A DNA stretch of 64,000 nt from assembly GCA_013821425.1 (NCBI GenBank), contig JACDGV010000006.1, forward strand, positions 10,146-74,145, in the 5' to 3' direction. Source of the stretch: Nitrosospira sp. GTDB taxonomy: Bacteria; Pseudomonadota; Gammaproteobacteria; Burkholderiales; Nitrosomonadaceae. The number at the start of each line of letters is the position of its first letter. Position 1 is the first letter of the stretch. Positions 39,112-48,892 of the stretch are shown here, one piece after another. The notes below the pieces were generated by a model. It did not search any database, was not told where the DNA came from, and saw only the letters and a program-made list of their open reading frames with translations. A program made the position numbers and the translations under genes.

Positions 39112-40389
39112 CTAGAGCTGCGGCTGCACAACCTTGAGGATGCGTTCCCAAATCTTTTCTTCCGCTGGCCGGTTTTTCCATTCCTGGAGCGTTATCTGTC
39201 TGGCGTGCTTCACATCTTCTCTGAAATCCGTCACCTGGCGTTGCGCAAATTGCTCGTCGTAAATATTCAGGTTAACCTCGCTATTCAGTTTGAACGATCG
39301 ATTGTCGAAATTGGTGGACCCGACAGACACTAATAGTTCATCCACAACAAGTACTTTGCAATGAAACATTGTCCGCCGGTACTCGAAAATCTCTGCGCCA
39401 GCTTCTAGAAGCGGACCCCAGGTTCCGCGAGAAGCTTGCCGTACAAGGGCTTTGTCGATATAGATTCCAGGTAAAAGTATCTGAATTGTTACGCCGCGTT
39501 TCAACGCAGCCACCATAGCCTCTTGCGCCAAAGTATCCGGAATAAAATACGCCATGGAAAGATGAATGCTTTTCCTTGCGGCTTCGATAGACAAAAGATA
39601 CATGAGATGCATGCTCTCCGCTCCTCCTTCCCTCGAGCTTTTGAACGCTTGAGCAAAATGAGGTCCAACTTCCGCCAGTTCGGGAAAGTAATCCCGGCTG
39701 TGGAGTACATCACCCTTTACTTTCATCCAGTTGTCCGTGAACGCTGCTTGTAGTTGCGCTACTACAGGGCCTTCTACCTGGTAGTGCGTATCGCGCCAGT
39801 TATCGGGACCTTCTGCGTGACCGCACCATTGATCGGCAATTCCCGCCCCCCCGGTAAACCCGGTTTTCCCGTCCACCACGAGGATTTTGCGATGGGTACG
39901 ATTGTTCAGCCTCCGCCAGTTGTACCACTTCAGGGGATGGTATTTCTCGATCTCGACACCTGCATCCCGCATTTTTCTGATAGTCGACTCTTCCATCTTC
40001 TGACAGCCTACCCAATCAAGAATGATGTGGGCTTTCACCCCGTTGCATGCCCTTTCCGATAGCGCATTGGCAAAATCCCTGCCGATATTTCCCGACCAAT
40101 AGATATAGGTCTCAAACGTTATGGTTTTTTCCGCAGCTCGGATTGCCTTCAACATCGCAGGGAAAATTTCGTCCCCGTTAAGCAAAGTTTTGACTCCATT
40201 CCCCTTAACCAATGCAGGGCCAAGTAGAACGCCTATGGAACGGAGGAATTGCGGATCCGCCACGGAGTACAGGTGATCAATCCGCTGCGTGATCTCTTTC
40301 TCGCTTCGGCCGAAAATCGTCAGGGCCAGCCCGAAAATACCGGCTGTTGCAATCGAGGCGAAAATGATGCTCCAAAGACCCAGACTCAT
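39112..40389 (-). CDS. Phospholipase D-family protein / cardiolipin synthase-like (two HKD motifs)
   Basis: 425-aa ORF with an N-terminal TM. HKD1 is THRKILVVDGKTGFTGGAGI. HKD2 is MFHCKVLVVDELLVSVGSTNFDNRSF. Confidence 0.9.
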   Translation of the reverse strand: MSLGLWSIIFASIATAGIFGLALTIFGRSEKEITQRIDHLYSVADPQFLRSIGVLLGPALVKGNGVKTLLNGDEIFPAMLKAIRAAEKTITFETYIYWSGNIGRDFANALSERACNGVKAHIILDWVGCQKMEESTIRKMRDAGVEIEKYHPLKWYNWRRLNNRTHRKILVVDGKTGFTGGAGIADQWCGHAEGPDNWRDTHYQVEGPVVAQLQAAFTDNWMKVKGDVLHSRDYFPELAEVGPHFAQAFKSSREGGAESMHLMYLLSIEAARKSIHLSMAYFIPDTLAQEAMVAALKRGVTIQILLPGIYIDKALVRQASRGTWGPLLEAGAEIFEYRRTMFHCKVLVVDELLVSVGSTNFDNRSFKLNSEVNLNIYDEQFAQRQVTDFREDVKHARQITLQEWKNRPAEEKIWERILKVVQPQL

Positions 40390-40449
40390 CTGTGACTTAA
40401 GGTTCGAGATTCGAAGGGTGGACCGGACAGCTGTTCACCTGCTTTCCTG

Positions 40450-41850
40450 TCAAGGGAGAGGGGAAGAAAGGGAAGACGACAAACCAGAAATATAACGGAT
40501 TGCGGTGGCGCTGGGCAGAAAGCAGTAGGCCGCGCCGCGGCAGGTGACAAACCGGGAAAGCCCCGCAAGTTCCAATGGGCGCCTCTGGCCCTCAACGGGA
40601 ATAAGGAACGCAGCATCTGAAACAGAATTATCCCCTATGACAGGATCCCTTGTGCTGCGCAGTCCCGGGGCAAAGCTTCCTTTATTGGCCCAGTGGGACA
40701 TTAGAAATTCGAACTGATCCTTGAGACTCACTCCAATGAACAGGCCCAGCAGTCCTCGTTCTATTCCGTCATCCGGGTTGGACGGGTCGTACGACGGGCC
40801 ATAGGGTAGGCCGCGCCGGATAATACGCCGTTTCAGGCCGCTGTTTCCCGCGACGACGGAATGGCGCGGATTCATTCGGCGAATATGCGCCCCCAAGGGA
40901 CAGCGATAGCCGCGGGTATCGTCGAAGGCACCAGGAACGCTATCGCTGGGCACGTAGTCGAAGCTGTTGCGTTCCTCCATCGGGATCTGTTCGCCAGGCC
41001 CATCCGGCGAAAGGGAAAGCGGAACCCCATTCCGCCACCGGCCGCAGAGCTTGGCCGCGATGAACTCCCGATCGAGTCCCGTTTTAGCCGTTGCCTCCGT
41101 CAGGAACTGCTCGAAGCCGTGACAATCCTGTGCCAGGAGGCGAAACGCCCCGAAGCTGCCATTTTCGCCTAATACCGGAGGTATGGGTACAGGGTAGGTA
41201 AAGTCCGAGTATTGGCTCGGGTGACCCAGCAGAAATTCTCCGGTTGGTGCCTTGGGCAGCACGTCCGGCATTGCCGGGGGCAGTCCCCCCTCTATGGTTG
41301 GCTGGGCAAAGCCGTCCCGGTAGCCGAAATGTGCCTTGCTTTCAGGCAAGCGGCGGCCCTCGTGCACTGAAAGCTCCAATATTGCGCCGCTGCTGGAATA
41401 CATCACGCGGAGCCGGGTGGTCACCTTTTCCAGTACATCCTCATCCTGCGCAAAAAGGAACAGGAGCATATGGAGATCGGTACTCGCGAACTGGCCTTTC
41501 CAGTTTTCGGGACCGCTTTCTCCAATGTCTCCTACTTGCTCGGCGCGCCCGACAGCGCCCGCCGCAAACTCCTCCGGAAAGGATGCGAGCGAGGAAGCCG
41601 AAAGCCCCAGAGCCGCGAGCCCGGAGTAGGTGAGCCCGATGTTTAGGCAATATGGCGGTTTCACGGTCCACTCCGTGGCGGTGGCAAGCTGGGGCGCGTC
41701 GCTGGTGTTCCGGGCGCCATTGACCAGTTCACCCAGGAATTTTTTCGCTGCCACTGGTTGCGCTGCCTTCAAGGCAAACACGCGCAGCGCCGGCATGGCG
41801 TAAGTGCGAAGGATGAAACCCTGGATGTCGGGATGCGGCAGATCAGGCAT
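40450..41850 (-). CDS. DyP-type (dye-decolorizing) haem peroxidase family protein, long form
   Basis: 466-aa ORF. N-terminal DIQGFILRTY, the GxxDG region HFGYRDGFAQPTIEG, and the proximal-His region GAHIRRMNPR. Confidence 0.82.
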   Translation of the reverse strand: MPDLPHPDIQGFILRTYAMPALRVFALKAAQPVAAKKFLGELVNGARNTSDAPQLATATEWTVKPPYCLNIGLTYSGLAALGLSASSLASFPEEFAAGAVGRAEQVGDIGESGPENWKGQFASTDLHMLLFLFAQDEDVLEKVTTRLRVMYSSSGAILELSVHEGRRLPESKAHFGYRDGFAQPTIEGGLPPAMPDVLPKAPTGEFLLGHPSQYSDFTYPVPIPPVLGENGSFGAFRLLAQDCHGFEQFLTEATAKTGLDREFIAAKLCGRWRNGVPLSLSPDGPGEQIPMEERNSFDYVPSDSVPGAFDDTRGYRCPLGAHIRRMNPRHSVVAGNSGLKRRIIRRGLPYGPSYDPSNPDDGIERGLLGLFIGVSLKDQFEFLMSHWANKGSFAPGLRSTRDPVIGDNSVSDAAFLIPVEGQRRPLELAGLSRFVTCRGAAYCFLPSATAIRYISGLSSSLSSPLP

Positions 41851-41960
41851 ATCGGTTCAAATTGTATGTATCCGGGGCCACAATCTGTTTATACCTCTTC
41901 GCCCTCTGGAGCAGGCGGAACTCGGCTTGATCCGCCGGCTGAGATGGGGTTACCGCACCC

Positions 41961-42467
41961 TCACGCTTCGCCAAGTTCGCCAAGCGCTGCCTGGATATCC
42001 AGCACCGTCGCTTGCGGATAAGCGCTGTAAAAGGGCTCGATACCAGCCAGATCGTTGGCCTTGACATAGTCCCGGAAAGCATTGCGGTTTCGTTGCACGG
42101 GCAAAGGCGGCGCGTCCTTCATGTGCTGAAGGAGCGTGTTGAAAACATCGCCGATCTCATCAATAAACTCATTAAGATAATCGTCGAACGAACCATCGTA
42201 CGTGGTGATTATCCCCAGCTTAGTGTTATTTTCAAGGAATACGAAACGTGCAAAATGCACGGTCCTGAGCTTATCAAGCGCAATCCAGATCGGGTTTTGC
42301 TCGGGGGGCAGCGACTGAATGGCCTGTATGCGCGCAGTGACGGCGTCAAAGTCTTCGGGTGAGCGGATTGTCATGAGCAAAGTCAGGGGGCTCTGGACCG
42401 ATTTTCGGACTGAAGCCTTGATGTCGCCCTCACCCGCCAGGCCGGCACCGAAGTTGAGTGTACTCAT
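41961..42467 (-). CDS. Hypothetical protein (about 168 aa) co-oriented with the DyP gene
   Basis: Start at M19 (MSTLNFGAGL), preceded by AGGAGA. Conserved-looking core TVHFARFVFLENNTKLGIITTYDGSFDDYLNEFIDEIGDVF. I recognise no family. Confidence 0.7.
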   Translation of the reverse strand: MSTLNFGAGLAGEGDIKASVRKSVQSPLTLLMTIRSPEDFDAVTARIQAIQSLPPEQNPIWIALDKLRTVHFARFVFLENNTKLGIITTYDGSFDDYLNEFIDEIGDVFNTLLQHMKDAPPLPVQRNRNAFRDYVKANDLAGIEPFYSAYPQATVLDIQAALGELGEA

Positions 42468-42633
42468 GCCGCTTCTCCTGAGATTTGCGATTTTCTTATG
42501 ATACCCATTTTTACAGCCCACGTTTGTCGTTATCGAAGTCCGCTTAAGCCTGGGGCCGTTCCGATGCAGAAGCGGAAACGGTGTGCCTCACGGAAGGGGA
42601 GGCGGTAGTATGGGCGTTCGACAGATGATTGCT

Positions 42634-44259
42634 TCAGGGTTTTTGCGATGAATCATCTGGCGGTTCCCGGAGTGTTTGAGGCTGCGGCTTACGCTCTGGC
42701 CCATGCAGGAGGATGTGCGTTTCATCCTTGTGATTGCCGGCCGCCTGATCATTGATGCCGGCTGCCGCGGGTCCCGCAGGGGAGGCCGGGTTTCGCCCGC
42801 TTGCCTGCAGATGGTAGGCTTTGATGAGCAGCGAAAGACCTATCCAGCCAGCAATCAGCGAAAAAGGGACCACCATCAGCAGAGGCTGAAACAGCGCAAG
42901 GAAAGCCAGTGCGAGCAAAGTACTCCCGCCGAACAACATGATCCTTGCTTCGGCTGCGCCGAGGACAAGCCTGCTGGTGATGGCTGCTCCCACGGTATTG
43001 CCGACGCGGATTGCCCCCGCGGTCAGCCGGCTGGCGCTGCCGCGTCTGCGCCTGACACCGCCCCTGATTGGAGGCAGGAGGGAAGAGATATTCGACTTGG
43101 GCTCTGCGACCGGATGAACCCGGTTTTTTTCGCTGAGTACGATTTCCGTGGCGTTATCCAGATCCTGCAGGTACAACTGCTCCATTTCCTGCGCAAACCC
43201 CACGTTTTCCACGGCGACGTCCAGTTCCCAGTTTCCGAGCCAGCTTGCTATATTGAGGTTGCTAGATCCGACTCGTGCCCAGCGGCTATCGACCACAGCC
43301 GTCTTGGCATGCAGCATCGATCCATTCCACTCGAATACCCGTACCCCGGCTTCGAGCAAGGGCCGATAGCCCGCGCGCGAAATCGGCCGCAGGAACTTCA
43401 GGTCGCCGCTCGATCCGGGGACCAGTAGCCGGACGTCAACCCCATCCATTGCCGCACCGCGCAACGCCTGAACATAGCTCGTGGTGCCAACGAAGTATGC
43501 ATCGGTCAGCCAGAGCGTTTTTTGCGCAAGCACCGTGATCAATTGTTCAAGGCGGTATAGCCCGGCAGTGGCCGCGCTGTCGCCCAATACCCTCACATCC
43601 ATCGCGCCTGCCGCGGGGATTGATTTCCGCGACGGCAGCTCATCCGCCGGCAGTTCCGGCCCAGTTTCGGCCCACGCGCGGGCGAACGACCACACCACAT
43701 CGGCTACAACCGGTCCACGTATTTCGATTCCCGTATCGCGCCACGGCGGAATGTTTCGTTCGGGGTAACCTGTCCACATTTGCCCCACGCACAATCCGCT
43801 AACATACGCGATGCGGTTATCCACGGAAAGGGATTTCCGGTGCATCCGGCTTAACCAGCCCAGTGGACTATCGAAGCGCGGCGGATTAAAGCATCGCACA
43901 TCGACGCCGCCATCGCCCAGGCGCTGCCAGAAGCTGGCGGAGGTTTCGGTAAGCGCGCCCATCCAGTCGTAAAGCAATCTGACGTGCACGCCGTTCCTGG
44001 CCTTTGCTACGAGTGCATCCGCGAATTGCTGCCCCACACTATCGTCGCGGATAATATAGTTCTCGAAATGAATGGTTTTTTCCGCCGAACGGATCGCTTC
44101 CATCCAACGGGGATAGTTCTCGCTCGCGTCCTTGAGTAATCGGATGTCATTGCCGCGCACCAGTGGCGCCCCGGCTGCCCGCGAAAACGCCTGCGCAGCG
44201 AGGATACGTGTCGCCGGCGTCGCTTCGCGGAGATGTTCTTTTAGCCTTGCACTGACCAT
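42634..44259 (-). CDS. Phospholipase D-family protein with C-terminal membrane anchor (two HKD motifs)
   Basis: 541-aa ORF. HKD1 is MHRKSLSVDNRIAYVSGLCVG. HKD2 is MLHAKTAVVDSRWARVGSSNLNIASW. Two C-terminal TM helices are followed by a low-complexity tail. Confidence 0.88.
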   Translation of the reverse strand: MVSARLKEHLREATPATRILAAQAFSRAAGAPLVRGNDIRLLKDASENYPRWMEAIRSAEKTIHFENYIIRDDSVGQQFADALVAKARNGVHVRLLYDWMGALTETSASFWQRLGDGGVDVRCFNPPRFDSPLGWLSRMHRKSLSVDNRIAYVSGLCVGQMWTGYPERNIPPWRDTGIEIRGPVVADVVWSFARAWAETGPELPADELPSRKSIPAAGAMDVRVLGDSAATAGLYRLEQLITVLAQKTLWLTDAYFVGTTSYVQALRGAAMDGVDVRLLVPGSSGDLKFLRPISRAGYRPLLEAGVRVFEWNGSMLHAKTAVVDSRWARVGSSNLNIASWLGNWELDVAVENVGFAQEMEQLYLQDLDNATEIVLSEKNRVHPVAEPKSNISSLLPPIRGGVRRRRGSASRLTAGAIRVGNTVGAAITSRLVLGAAEARIMLFGGSTLLALAFLALFQPLLMVVPFSLIAGWIGLSLLIKAYHLQASGRNPASPAGPAAAGINDQAAGNHKDETHILLHGPERKPQPQTLREPPDDSSQKP

Positions 44260-44354
44260 GTATGATTACGCGATGCGTACCGTCGCCGGCGTGGTTGTAA
44301 AGCTTCCGGGAAGTCCTGCGCGGAAATGGAGGAATCGCTCAGTTCATCAGCTTT

Positions 44355-44669
44355 CTAATCGGTGACTTCTTCTCCAAACCGGGAGTCGACGTAGCAGCGC
44401 ATCGCGGCAACAAGGGGGGTGAGGCCCTTTTGCCGGTTCCTGCCCGACCTCATGTACGCTACACAATGTTCCGAACCTGCTTCAAGACTATGACTCAAGT
44501 TTATTCCCTCCCTTTCAATGAGGGGTCCGCCTTGCGCCCAGTCTCTAGAGGGCTCCCATCGGACGTGGTCGATGATGCAGTGGGAATCCACGACATGCAC
44601 CTCCTCTAGGCCATTGGCCTTTGCTACCCAGTAATCAAGCAATTCATCCTTAAGTTCGAAGACTTTCAT
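44355..44669 (-). CDS. DUF2591 / phage NinX-like protein
   Basis: 104-aa ORF. LDYWVAKANG..., ...PSRDWAQGGPLIERE..., ...GLTPLVAAMRCYVDSRFGEEV match my recollection of the NinX/DUF2591 family. Confidence 0.7.
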   Translation of the reverse strand: MKVFELKDELLDYWVAKANGLEEVHVVDSHCIIDHVRWEPSRDWAQGGPLIEREGINLSHSLEAGSEHCVAYMRSGRNRQKGLTPLVAAMRCYVDSRFGEEVTD

Positions 44670-44996
44670 AACTGTTCTCCCTGTGGAATCATGTCCCTGT
44701 CAAGACAGGCATCCTCACCCGGTTTTAAATATACCATTTCATCTTGTTTCCCCGTGGGCGGGGATTCTAGGACACCTGCTAGTCCGGGCAGTTCGTCTTT
44801 ATGGAACGGGACGTTATCACAACGAGCGAGCTGGGTTACCGTAGTAGTATACTGTGTAATGCGCAGCGACGAACGTATGGAACCGTACAGAGCGCGATAC
44901 CGATGGATGCTACTATTTATTCGAGTCCGGGTCGAGCGGGGGCTGGGTGCGTGACTCTCCGACGCCTGGTATCAATAATTTCTGTTGGAGGCTGTA

Positions 44997-45182
44997 ATGA
45001 AAGCAAAAATATTGCGCTACCTGGGAATTTTGCTTGTAGTGCCGGTGCTATCGGGATGCTGGGTCCTCGCAGCGGGGGGGGCAGGTGCGTACGGTGGCTA
45101 CAAGGCCAAGGAGGAGGGCTACGAAGTTCGAAACCCCGTCACAAAGGACAAGACCGAGGAAACTCGGGAAAAGAAGTACTAG
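44997..45182 (+). CDS. Small lipoprotein (61 aa)
   Basis: An ATG 7 nt after GGAGG. Lipobox VPVLSGC, then a Gly/Lys/Glu-rich mature part. Confidence 0.65.
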   Translation: MKAKILRYLGILLVVPVLSGCWVLAAGGAGAYGGYKAKEEGYEVRNPVTKDKTEETREKKY

Positions 45183-45257
45183 GGAGAGTATGAGGAGGTC
45201 TGGACCGCGTCCTTTTCCCGCAGCCCCGGTGAGACTTATTCACAGATTCGGCAGGAA

Positions 45258-48200
45258 TTAACCGTGGAGCGGCCGCCGCGCCGCCACCCAGGTCTCGAAC
45301 TCGCTCGCGGTCATGGGGCTTGCGTAAAGGTATCCTTGGCCTTCCTGGCATAGGATGCTTTGCAAAAATTCTGCCTGTGCCTCTGTTTCTATACCCTCGG
45401 CAATAATACGCAACCCGAGGCTGAGCCCCATCGCCACGATGGCAGTCGCGATAGCTTCCGCGTCAATGTTACCCGGCAGGTCGCGGACAAAGGATTGATC
45501 GATCTTCAGGCGGCCCACGGAAAACTGCCTGAGGTAAGAAAGACTCGAGTAGCCCGTGCCAAAATCGTCGATCGCGACTTTCACTCCAAGCATATCCAGC
45601 CGCCGCAATTTCTCGAAGGCTGATTCCACGCCCTGCATCGCAACGCTCTCGGTAAGTTCCAGTTCCAGCCCATCGGAAGGCAAACCGGAATCGGCGAGTG
45701 CACGTTCGACGACCTCGACGAAGTCCGTTTGGCGAAACTGCACCGCTGAAACATTCACCGAGATGCTGGCGCCCAGCAAATCCCGCTCGCGCCACTGCCG
45801 CGCTTGCCGGCAGGATTCGAGCAGCGTCCAATCCCCCATCGGAAGAATCAACCCGGTATCCTCAGCGACGGGAATGAAATCCCTGGGAGAGATCAGTCCG
45901 CGGCGGGAGTGCCGCCAGCGCATAAATACCTCCACGCCAACGACAGTTCCTGTGGCAAGCTCGATCTGCGGCTGGTATACCAGAAACATTTCGCCTCGCC
46001 CAAGCGCACGGCGCAGATCGCGTTCCATATCGAGTCGTTGTATCGCTCGCGCTGTCATCTCCTCCGAATAGAATTGATAGCGGTTCCGGCCGGCCTCCTT
46101 TGCGGCATACATTGAAGCATCCGCGTTGCGTAACAAAATACCCGGTTCCGTGCCGTTATCCGGATATATGCAGATGCCGATGCTTGCCGTCAGCAGCAGT
46201 TCATGGCCCTCGATGCGGTAAGGCTGCGACAGTCCAAAAATAAGCTTTTCCGCAACACGCGCCGCATCTTCCCCCGTCTCGATTTCGCTCAAAAGGACAA
46301 CGAATTCGTCCCCACCTACCCGGCTTACCGTGTCAACGCTACGAACGGCCGTCTGCATGCGTTCTGCGACCGCTTTGAGCAAATGATCGCCGATCTCATG
46401 ACCCAGGGAATCATTGATCGGCTTGAAACGGTCCAGGTCCACGAATAATACCGCAAGGCGGGCGAACTCCCGTGCAGCTCGTTTTATTGCCACTTTCATG
46501 CGATCCGCGAGCAGTGCGCGATTGGGAAGGCCGGTGAGGCCATCGTAATGCGCCAGATTCAGGATGCGTCGTTCAGCCGCTTTTCGTTCGGTAATATCGC
46601 GCGCAAGAACGATAAACCGGTGCGCCATTCCGACGTCGATATCCTTGCGCGAAACCGACAGTTCGTACCAGAACCCACCTTGCGGAAGCTCAAGCTCCAG
46701 TTGACGCCCCGTGGAAAGGCCTTTTTCCTGGGTCTCCAGCAAGGCGGACATAATGATGGTACCCGCGCTCGCCGGGAGCGCGTCAGATATCTTTTTGCCA
46801 ACAAGGTTTCCAACCGATGGCGGTACCAAATGGGTGCGCCCCGAATGATACGCATAACACTGGCCGTCGAGATCAAGCTCCAGCAGTAGATCAGGTATGG
46901 CTTCCAGCGTTGCTTGCAGCTGGCTTCGGGCCGCGAGGATTTCACTTTTCTGCCTTTCCTGCTCGGTAATGTCGCGTAACATGGCAACGAAGTAATGCAC
47001 CCCGCCATTATCGTACCGCACGCATTTCACATCGATACTGGCCACGACGATGGAGCCGTCTTTGCGGATGAAGCGCTTGTTCATCGCATAACCCTCCGAC
47101 TCTCCACGCAAAACTTGCTCGAACTCGACAACATCTTTTTTCACGTCTTCCGGATGCGTCATTTCCAACCAGTTCTTCTGCGCGAGTTCGTCCCGCGAAT
47201 AGCCGAGAATTTCGCATAGCCGGTTGTTGAATCGCAGCCATCGCTTGTTGTCGGGAGACGTGATTGCCATGCCGATGAATGGCAACTCATAAAAATAATT
47301 GAGAAGCCTGTCCCGTTCCACAGTACGCGCCAGGATCGCCAATTGGTGAGCGCGCATCTCGTGACGCCATAGCAGGAGCAGCAGCAGGCTTACCGCTGCA
47401 ATGGCGAACAAAACCACCACGCTTACCCAGAGCACGAGCGTCCACAGCTGGGTCCTCACTTCGCCACGGTCGATTTTGGCGATCAGATGCAAGCCGCTAC
47501 CCACTATTGGACGGTAAGCGGCAAAGACAGGTTCGCCACGGTAATCGGTTCCGTAAGTTGTCCCGCGTGTACCCTCGCGCACAGCAATTTCTGCCGCCAA
47601 ATCCTTGCTGATGATCAATGATCCGCTTCCGGAGCCAGTGTCCTCGAGAAGGTGCCGTTTGTTCAGGTAGGTAATGGTTTCATGGCTCCGGCTTACCAGC
47701 AGAATTTCGCCGCTTGGATTGTTGCCTGGCCATTTTTCAATCATGGGGATAAGAAACCGGTCCAGGTTCACGCGCAAAATCACGATCGCGATCGCCTGTT
47801 GCGTTATCGCTTCCGGAATCAGAGGTACCACGACATCCAGCCAGGCTTTCCCACCTTCGTCCACGAATAGATCGCTGCTCTGTATCTGGCGTGTGCGTAA
47901 AGCAACAGGTAGCAGCTTTTCGGTCACGGAAGACAATTCATGCTGTTCCCCTGACTCGATTAACAGCTGTCCATCCGTGTCCAGCAGCAGCATGGACTCA
48001 TAACCGTAAGCCTTCTGCAAAGAGTCCAGCCTATTACTGATGAGCTGGCGCAGGCGGCCATCGGTTTCATGCTGCATATCGGCCACCCATTCGATGAGTG
48101 CCTTGCTCGCTGCTATCGCTTCAGCATCCCCGCGCCGCTCGGCTAGCCAGAGTTCCGCCTGCTCTGCCTTAAGATCAACGATCGTTCGCAGATCCCCATA

Positions 48201-48548
48201 GGCTTTCCGCTCCATCTCGGGGCCATACACGTTGACGATGCCGATGCCGGCCAGCGGCGCAACCATCGCCAGCGATACTAACATCAGCGCCAACCGGCGT
48301 GATCGGAAGCCGCCGGGATCGGGGTCCTGGAGGGTGGATGGAACGGCCGTGTCACGCCCGGACCTGAGCAAAAGGTAAAAAAGACCGCTGCTCACTGCGA
48401 CAAGAACGAACTCCCTGGCCAGGAGGGCTCGGCTACGTACGGTGGGATCATCAATAGCGAGCGAAATCAGATAGCCGGCAACCGCAATCCATAACGTTGA
48501 GAAGGCCGCGTAGAGCAAGACGATGAACAAGGCGGGAAGGCGCATCAC
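45258..48548 (-). CDS. Membrane sensor with periplasmic Cache-like domain, PAS domains, GGDEF and EAL domains (c-di-GMP turnover)
   Basis: 1096-aa ORF. It has TM helices flanking a periplasmic segment of about 250 aa. The GGDEF domain has an I-site (RSVD-x5-GGDEF). The EAL domain carries EVFMRW, ELELTES, DDFGTGYSSLSYL, KIDQSF, AEGIETE and QGYLY. Confidence 0.95.
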   Translation of the reverse strand: MMRLPALFIVLLYAAFSTLWIAVAGYLISLAIDDPTVRSRALLAREFVLVAVSSGLFYLLLRSGRDTAVPSTLQDPDPGGFRSRRLALMLVSLAMVAPLAGIGIVNVYGPEMERKAYGDLRTIVDLKAEQAELWLAERRGDAEAIAASKALIEWVADMQHETDGRLRQLISNRLDSLQKAYGYESMLLLDTDGQLLIESGEQHELSSVTEKLLPVALRTRQIQSSDLFVDEGGKAWLDVVVPLIPEAITQQAIAIVILRVNLDRFLIPMIEKWPGNNPSGEILLVSRSHETITYLNKRHLLEDTGSGSGSLIISKDLAAEIAVREGTRGTTYGTDYRGEPVFAAYRPIVGSGLHLIAKIDRGEVRTQLWTLVLWVSVVVLFAIAAVSLLLLLLWRHEMRAHQLAILARTVERDRLLNYFYELPFIGMAITSPDNKRWLRFNNRLCEILGYSRDELAQKNWLEMTHPEDVKKDVVEFEQVLRGESEGYAMNKRFIRKDGSIVVASIDVKCVRYDNGGVHYFVAMLRDITEQERQKSEILAARSQLQATLEAIPDLLLELDLDGQCYAYHSGRTHLVPPSVGNLVGKKISDALPASAGTIIMSALLETQEKGLSTGRQLELELPQGGFWYELSVSRKDIDVGMAHRFIVLARDITERKAAERRILNLAHYDGLTGLPNRALLADRMKVAIKRAAREFARLAVLFVDLDRFKPINDSLGHEIGDHLLKAVAERMQTAVRSVDTVSRVGGDEFVVLLSEIETGEDAARVAEKLIFGLSQPYRIEGHELLLTASIGICIYPDNGTEPGILLRNADASMYAAKEAGRNRYQFYSEEMTARAIQRLDMERDLRRALGRGEMFLVYQPQIELATGTVVGVEVFMRWRHSRRGLISPRDFIPVAEDTGLILPMGDWTLLESCRQARQWRERDLLGASISVNVSAVQFRQTDFVEVVERALADSGLPSDGLELELTESVAMQGVESAFEKLRRLDMLGVKVAIDDFGTGYSSLSYLRQFSVGRLKIDQSFVRDLPGNIDAEAIATAIVAMGLSLGLRIIAEGIETEAQAEFLQSILCQEGQGYLYASPMTASEFETWVAARRPLHG

Positions 48549-48892
48549 ATTGCGGGTGGACAGGAAAACCTTGTTATCGGCATTTAAAAAGGGGTCTGCT
48601 TTAGAGAGGCCGCATTCTGCGTTAACAGCGTTTGCCGCTGCTATCTTTTATCCCGGTAGGGATCGATGGCATAGCTTGAGCGTCTGAAGTGAGTATAAGG
48701 GTTTGTGCTGTGCCGTCTGTATGATCGCTAACAAATCTCAGCACTGAACCTGCTCTCGGACCGGGATCTGAGTTGTGCGTGGGGATGATTTATGTGGAAA
48801 GGGAGGAGGAGCACTTTTATTGCACCCGTTCTTTTTTGTCGGCGCCGAGCCTGTTTTAATTTTATACTTCACCTTTGTTGTGGAGCACCGCC

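Noticed and set aside
42676-43428. 250-aa plus-strand ORF inside the 541-aa PLD gene
   Set aside because: It is antisense to an ORF with two clear HKD motifs, and its Arg/Gly/Pro-rich composition is typical of shadow ORFs.
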